From positions 48,484,001 through 48,548,000 of the forward strand of contig OZ024746.1 of assembly GCA_964016885.1 (NCBI GenBank): DNA of 64,000 bases. The letters are read 5' to 3'. This DNA is from Eledone cirrhosa. Its lineage: Eukaryota. Both the position numbers and the translations under genes were made by a program. Within the stretch, counting starts at the first letter, position 1, and each line of letters begins with the position of its first letter. Below, in pieces: positions 59,095-64,000 of the stretch. The notes beneath the pieces are model-generated. The model was not told where the DNA came from and did not search any database. It saw nothing but the letters and a program-made list of their open reading frames with translations.

Positions 59095-59550
59095 ACCAAT
59101 TTCTGGATACCCGCAGGCAGAAGAGCACATAAATAGTGACTTTCACTTAATAATTGTTGCGAAACAAATTTACAATTTGTCCGGGTATCACGACCATTGC
59201 CAAGGTTTGTTATTTTTATTGATTTATTATTTTAAATCGAGACAGGCAAACCATATTATTTTAAATTAGTATTTTTCAACCTAGCTAACTTGGTTCTTTG
59301 AGCTATTTGACTCGAAATAGTCTTTTACAATTAAATAGCTCAAAGAAGGGAATATTTCCGAGCCGTGTCATACAAATGTATATATGAGAGAGATGAACAC
59401 CGATACAAGTATACATGTGTTCGAATTGCAAATGACCAAGTTAGCTAGGTTGAAAAATACTAATTTAAAATAATATGGTTTGCCTGTCTCGATTTAAAAT
59501 AATAAATCAATAAAAATAACAAACCTTTATTGGCAATGGTCGTGATATAT
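59095..59550. repeat. Fold-back PLE-terminus copy related to 17110-17999, including HHR-like fold 59106-59189
   Basis: GAUACCCG...GAAA CAAAUU-uac-AAUUUG UC^CGGGUAUC. About 59186-59295 mirrors 59435-59548. Confidence 0.7.
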
Positions 59551-59667
59551 ATATGACGTAGGCTGAACAAGGAAGATGGGAAAAAAAACTTACTCCAACA
59601 CTTAATTTTATATGTTTAATTTTTAGTTTTTAATTCCTATTAATTCTTTTTAATTGTAATACTCAAC

Positions 59668-59709
59668 ATTTGATAAGATGAATTTTAATAATACATCGAA
59701 ACCGGTAAT
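59668..59709 (+). ncRNA. Minimal hammerhead, U3-A8 core, weak stem I
   Basis: AU UUGAUAA GAUG-(13 nt)-CAUC GAAA CCGG UA^AU. Confidence 0.55.
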
Positions 59710-59922
59710 ACATTATATACTTTATATACTTTATACATTATAAAAATGTTTTAAAAAAAATTGTCCCTCTCACTTTTTCAATAATGTCATCTTTTCAATA
59801 ATGTCACTTTGACGAATCAAAGAAAGACAAAAAAAAAAAGAAAAGAAAAACAGACCCTGAAATATATTTTCCACTGTTTTGTAGAGAACCTTACTTCCCT
59901 TTTCTAATATATATATATATAT

Positions 59923-60115
59923 ATTTCGTTTCTGAATTTGTTTAGCAAGATTCTTTATCTGAAATCGTGTGTTGAAACCGATATTGTTATACTTTGGGAG
60001 GGTCATGTTGCCAATAAGAAACACACGCACCAGTGCGTGTGTTTCTTATTGGCAACATGACCCACTGGTGCGTGTGTTTCTTATTGGCAACATGACCCTC
60101 CCAAAGTATAACAAT
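59923..60115. mobile_element. Fold-back extension fragment of the MTLPKYNN PLE family
   Basis: Inverted and duplicated CTGGTGCGTGTGTTTCTTATTGGCAACATGACCC between (TA)n tracts. Confidence 0.75.
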
Positions 60116-60504
60116 ATATATATATATATATATATATATGAAGTATTTCCGTCGGAAAGGTACAGGAAAAAAGAGTGCTCGATGTAGGCTACAGAGCTTA
60201 TTAGTTATGTAATAAACAACATAAGATAATTATTTCATTTACCAGTCGTTTCTTGAAGGCAGATGTTATGTCAGTCTTCAGTCGCCAGAATGAATAAATA
60301 ACATGATGTTTTTATTAAATATGGATTTGAAAACAAAATTTAAGAAATATGAAAGTGATGCTGAAAAAACGGGCAAAAAGGAATTAGGGGAAAAAATATA
60401 TAAATAAATATCCATAACATAAACAGACACACACTCAACCACGCGCATATACGTATATATATATCTATCTATCTATCTATATCTCTCTATATATATATAT
60501 ATAT

Positions 60505-61385
60505 AGTGGTAAACAACCGGGCGGTTATATCCGAAGTTGATAGAGCACTCAGTCCAAAGGACAAGTTCGGTATAGACTTAGTTCCACAACAAATTAGCAA
60601 ACCATATTCAAGGAGATGAGCTGTCTATGACTTGAATAGACAGATATCTCCCAGGGTGAAACACGTGTTCACTATGTCGAACTGGATTAATTTAGCTTTT
60701 TTGTGTTGAAGGAGTTTAACAGAGTCGCTTTTTTCCCACTGGAACAGGCTGGTTTTATTACTAACGATCCTAACTAGTCCTCTAAGAATAGATATGTTAA
60801 CTAGTATAATTTATGTCGCTACTGGGTCCAACAATCTGCAAGTTAGGTTAGCAGTAAAATCGGCATTGTGATCCTTAAGGGTGATAAAGTCCTCACGCTT
60901 AGCTAGGCATTCTAGTTTCATATCTACATTAAGGGTGCAGGCAAGGTTCTTCGAATATGTCTTACACACCCAGCACATTACCATCCTTAGAATGGATCTA
61001 TATGAGCTGGATTACTCCTTTAAGACCATTCCCACTCTCTCAAAATAAGTTTATTCATAGCTTCTCCAAAAAGTAGACGTTGTCAAACGCTAGGTCATAG
61101 ACTACATCAGAATTATTCGATATCTTAATGGGATCATACAATAGTGCTGATATATACGATTTTGTTGGGTTATATATATATTAATACATTGCGAGTTAAA
61201 TTCGCGGCTTCCCACTCGGGTTTATACCGCTACGACGATCTGACCCTATCGAACCATAAAAGCGGTCACGACCTTGACCGATTTAGGAAAAACTTGTTAG
61301 CCACATTCAATGAAATAGGACTTGAAATCACTGTAGCCACCAATCTGACTAGCGTAAATTATTTAGACATCAACCTAGATCTTCG
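60505..61385. pseudogene. Rearranged remnant of an older Naiad-like PLE
   Basis: Minus-strand REDFITLKDHNADF near 60860-60900 and plus-strand SGLYRYDDL...VNYLDINLDL at 61215-61385. The terminus is related to 45100-45203. Confidence 0.65.
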
Positions 61386-61404
61386 CACACACACAAAGAA
61401 TGTA

Positions 61405-62755
61405 CGTATTTATGTATGTATGTTCTTCTGGTTTTATAATTTCACAAATTTTTTCCCAATAAAGAGAGAGTCGGTTTCTAACATAGACACAAGACTCTCT
61501 CATTGGAGTTTACACAACATCAACTAGGTAGATTATGTATGCATGCATGTGTAGATATGGATGTTATTGTATGTGTGGATGTGTATGTTTTGTGTTGTAT
61601 GTGTGCATGTGTATATGCTTTGCATCTGTACATGTGTATATGCAGTTATTAGATGCACATTTTTTGGAATGTTTTGCATATTTTTACTGTTGCATTAATG
61701 GATTGTACTTGTAATTTACTAACTAGTTGTGTTCTTTCTGTTCCTGTGAAGCCTAGCTTCTCAAGATTTGTATTGAGGCAGTTACTAACATACCCCACTA
61801 CCCCAATAATCACAGGCATAAATCTGAAGGTGTAATCAGGGTGGAGTATCTGCAGATTTCTCATCAGTTCTGCATAAATATTCTCTTTTTCGCTAATCTT
61901 TTATATTATATTGGCATCTGCTGGGCAGCTAATTCCCACTACTGTGCATGCTTTCTTCTCTCTGTCCCATATCATAATATCTGGTCTGTTATGCCTGCAT
62001 TTTATTGTGGTTTTTGCTGGAACATTCCACCAGTACTCTTTCATATTATGTACATGGATGTCTTCCACATTGCTGTAGCTTTTAATGTGTTTATTATCGG
62101 GGCTATCTTTTTTACTAACTGCATTGTACAGTGTTTTGGCCACTACATCATGCCTCACAGGTAGATAGTACCGCGATGACATCTCTGGACAGCTGCTAAT
62201 GACATGGGTGATATCCTAGATGTTAGTTCTGCAGAGTCTGCACTTGTTATCACATCTAGGTGTTTTGCCTGCATCCCTATCTCTTTTGTGAATCAGGTAT
62301 TTCGTGTTAATCTCCTGTTCTTGGATTGCAAAAGCGTATCCTTCAAAGTGGGATCCAAAATAGCGGTTGTTGGTCCAAGATAGAGTACTTTCCTTATCTA
62401 TATTACTCTAACTCTGGAGCTTCCTGGCAACATATCCATGCATGATTTTTTGCTGATAGGCATGCAGTTTTTCAGCGATGGATTCATTGCGATACTGCTG
62501 AGCGACTTCCCTGGGTGTGAGTTTTTGATTATCACACAGGGAATATCTCTCGAGGAGTTCCTTCCCAACTCTCCTGATCTTATCTGTTTCATGCAGAGAG
62601 ACTTGCTCGAGAAACCGGCTCCTACGCTTCAAGGTTCGTAGATGTTGTCGGAGAGATATGCGACATTCAAATGTTGTCTGGACTGATGTTAGGCCCCTGC
62701 CTCCCTGCTTACATTTCAAGTAAAGGCGGTCTATGTCACTGTTGAAGGCGGTCTA
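61405..62755 (-). mobile_element. 5'-truncated R4/Dong-like RLE LINE (copy 2) in (TATG)n
   Basis: DRLYLKCKQGGRGL, EGYAFAIQEQEI, KCRLCRT...THVISSC, RHDVVAKTLYN and RHNRPDIMIWD. The 3' UTR is shared with 25159-25405. Confidence 0.88.
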
Positions 62756-63144
62756 TGTATGTATGTATGTATGTATGTATGTATGTATGTATGTATGTAT
62801 GTATGTATGTATGTTCGTATGTATGTATGTATGCATACATACATTCCTTTCTTCTTTTTCCCTTAACTCATGAGGGAGTCGGAGCACCATATACGGCGTT
62901 TCTATGGCACCTTATAAAACCTGGCAGAGCTCATCACCTCACCACGACCGAATAGAGTAGATTTATTCCAAAGAAAAATAGAGCGAGAGAATGAAAGTAA
63001 GAAAGAGATATAGAGGGAGAAGGAACTCCTGTACTGAACTGATACATTTTTTTATCGACCTTCAATGGATGAAAGGCAAAGTTGACCTCCGACATACATA
63101 CATACTTACATTCATACACACACACACACACATATATATATACG

Positions 63145-63179
<35 letters not shown>

Positions 63180-64000
63180 ATATATATATATATATATATA
63201 CGTGTATGTATACATGTATTCATTCACATAATAGAATTACGTATTCATTATAAAACAATTTAATGGTCGAATGTGGATATATAATACGTTTTCCAAGTTA
63301 ACGATTCATTTTCCATGTCCTCTGAATCACTTAGAGCGGAGTAGATTAACAGAAAATCTCTATAATTTAATCAGCAAGTAGAATTAGTAAGTGCAGTCCA
63401 AGAGGTTTTCTTTGCCGATCTCTTGTTAACAGAAATGTCTCCAGTTATACAAGAGAGTCGATTTCTTAAACATGCCTAATCAAAATTCAATTTGTGCAAG
63501 AATTCAGGAATTGTCGGGCAATTATTATTGTCTAATGATTGAACGTATAGTTCTTACTCATTCCATGTGGATTCCAATTGGAAGTTTCGGTCGTAATCGA
63601 CTTTTATAAATCAATATTCTCCAATTTTTAAACAATATTACCGGTAGTCGTCAATTATTATAATAGCTAAAGTGCAGTTGAAACCAGACATATTTTATTG
63701 CGAGTGAAGAGTGAAGATTAGATTTCAGAGAGAGAAGAGAATGAGTTAAATATGCTGTGCGTACAAACATACACATGCACACACACACAAACACACGCGC
63801 GCGCGCGCGCACAAGCGCGCACACACACACACGAACATATATATATATATATATATACGAAAAGTAAATGCGTCAGAGAGAGAGGGAGAGAGGGGGGAAT
63901 AGAGAGACAAAGGGGTGGGGGAGACTATATATCTTCCTTTGAAGTCTGGTCGTCTTAGACATTAATATACTTACATATACGCACTCTGTACTTACTTGTA

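Overview
AT-rich, microsatellite-saturated animal DNA with no recognisable host gene. The SINE families and repeat landscape suggest an octopod cephalopod, which is an inference. The window is dominated by Penelope-like retroelements (PLEs; RT plus GIY-YIG endonuclease) of at least three lineages: a Neptune-like copy with a 2.2 kb inverted duplication (28.8-34.9 kb), a second lineage (37.1-39.6 kb), and a near full-length Naiad-like copy with tandem pseudo-LTRs (45.3-49.4 kb). Many short fold-back PLE termini sit in (TA)n tracts. Also present are R4/Dong-like and RTE LINE remnants, a DD37D (maT) transposase relic, two MITEs, about 20 copies of a tRNA-derived SINE, and minisatellites. The most notable signal, found by manual folding, is a set of type I hammerhead ribozymes in the PLE termini. 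At least five sequence-distinct families carry a compensatory U3-A8 core (UUGANAA) instead of the canonical C3-G8 core (CUGANGA). One of them forms a 591-nt non-coding tandem unit resembling a retrozyme. Most ORFs in the supplied track are microsatellite artefacts. All structures were read by eye and are untested.
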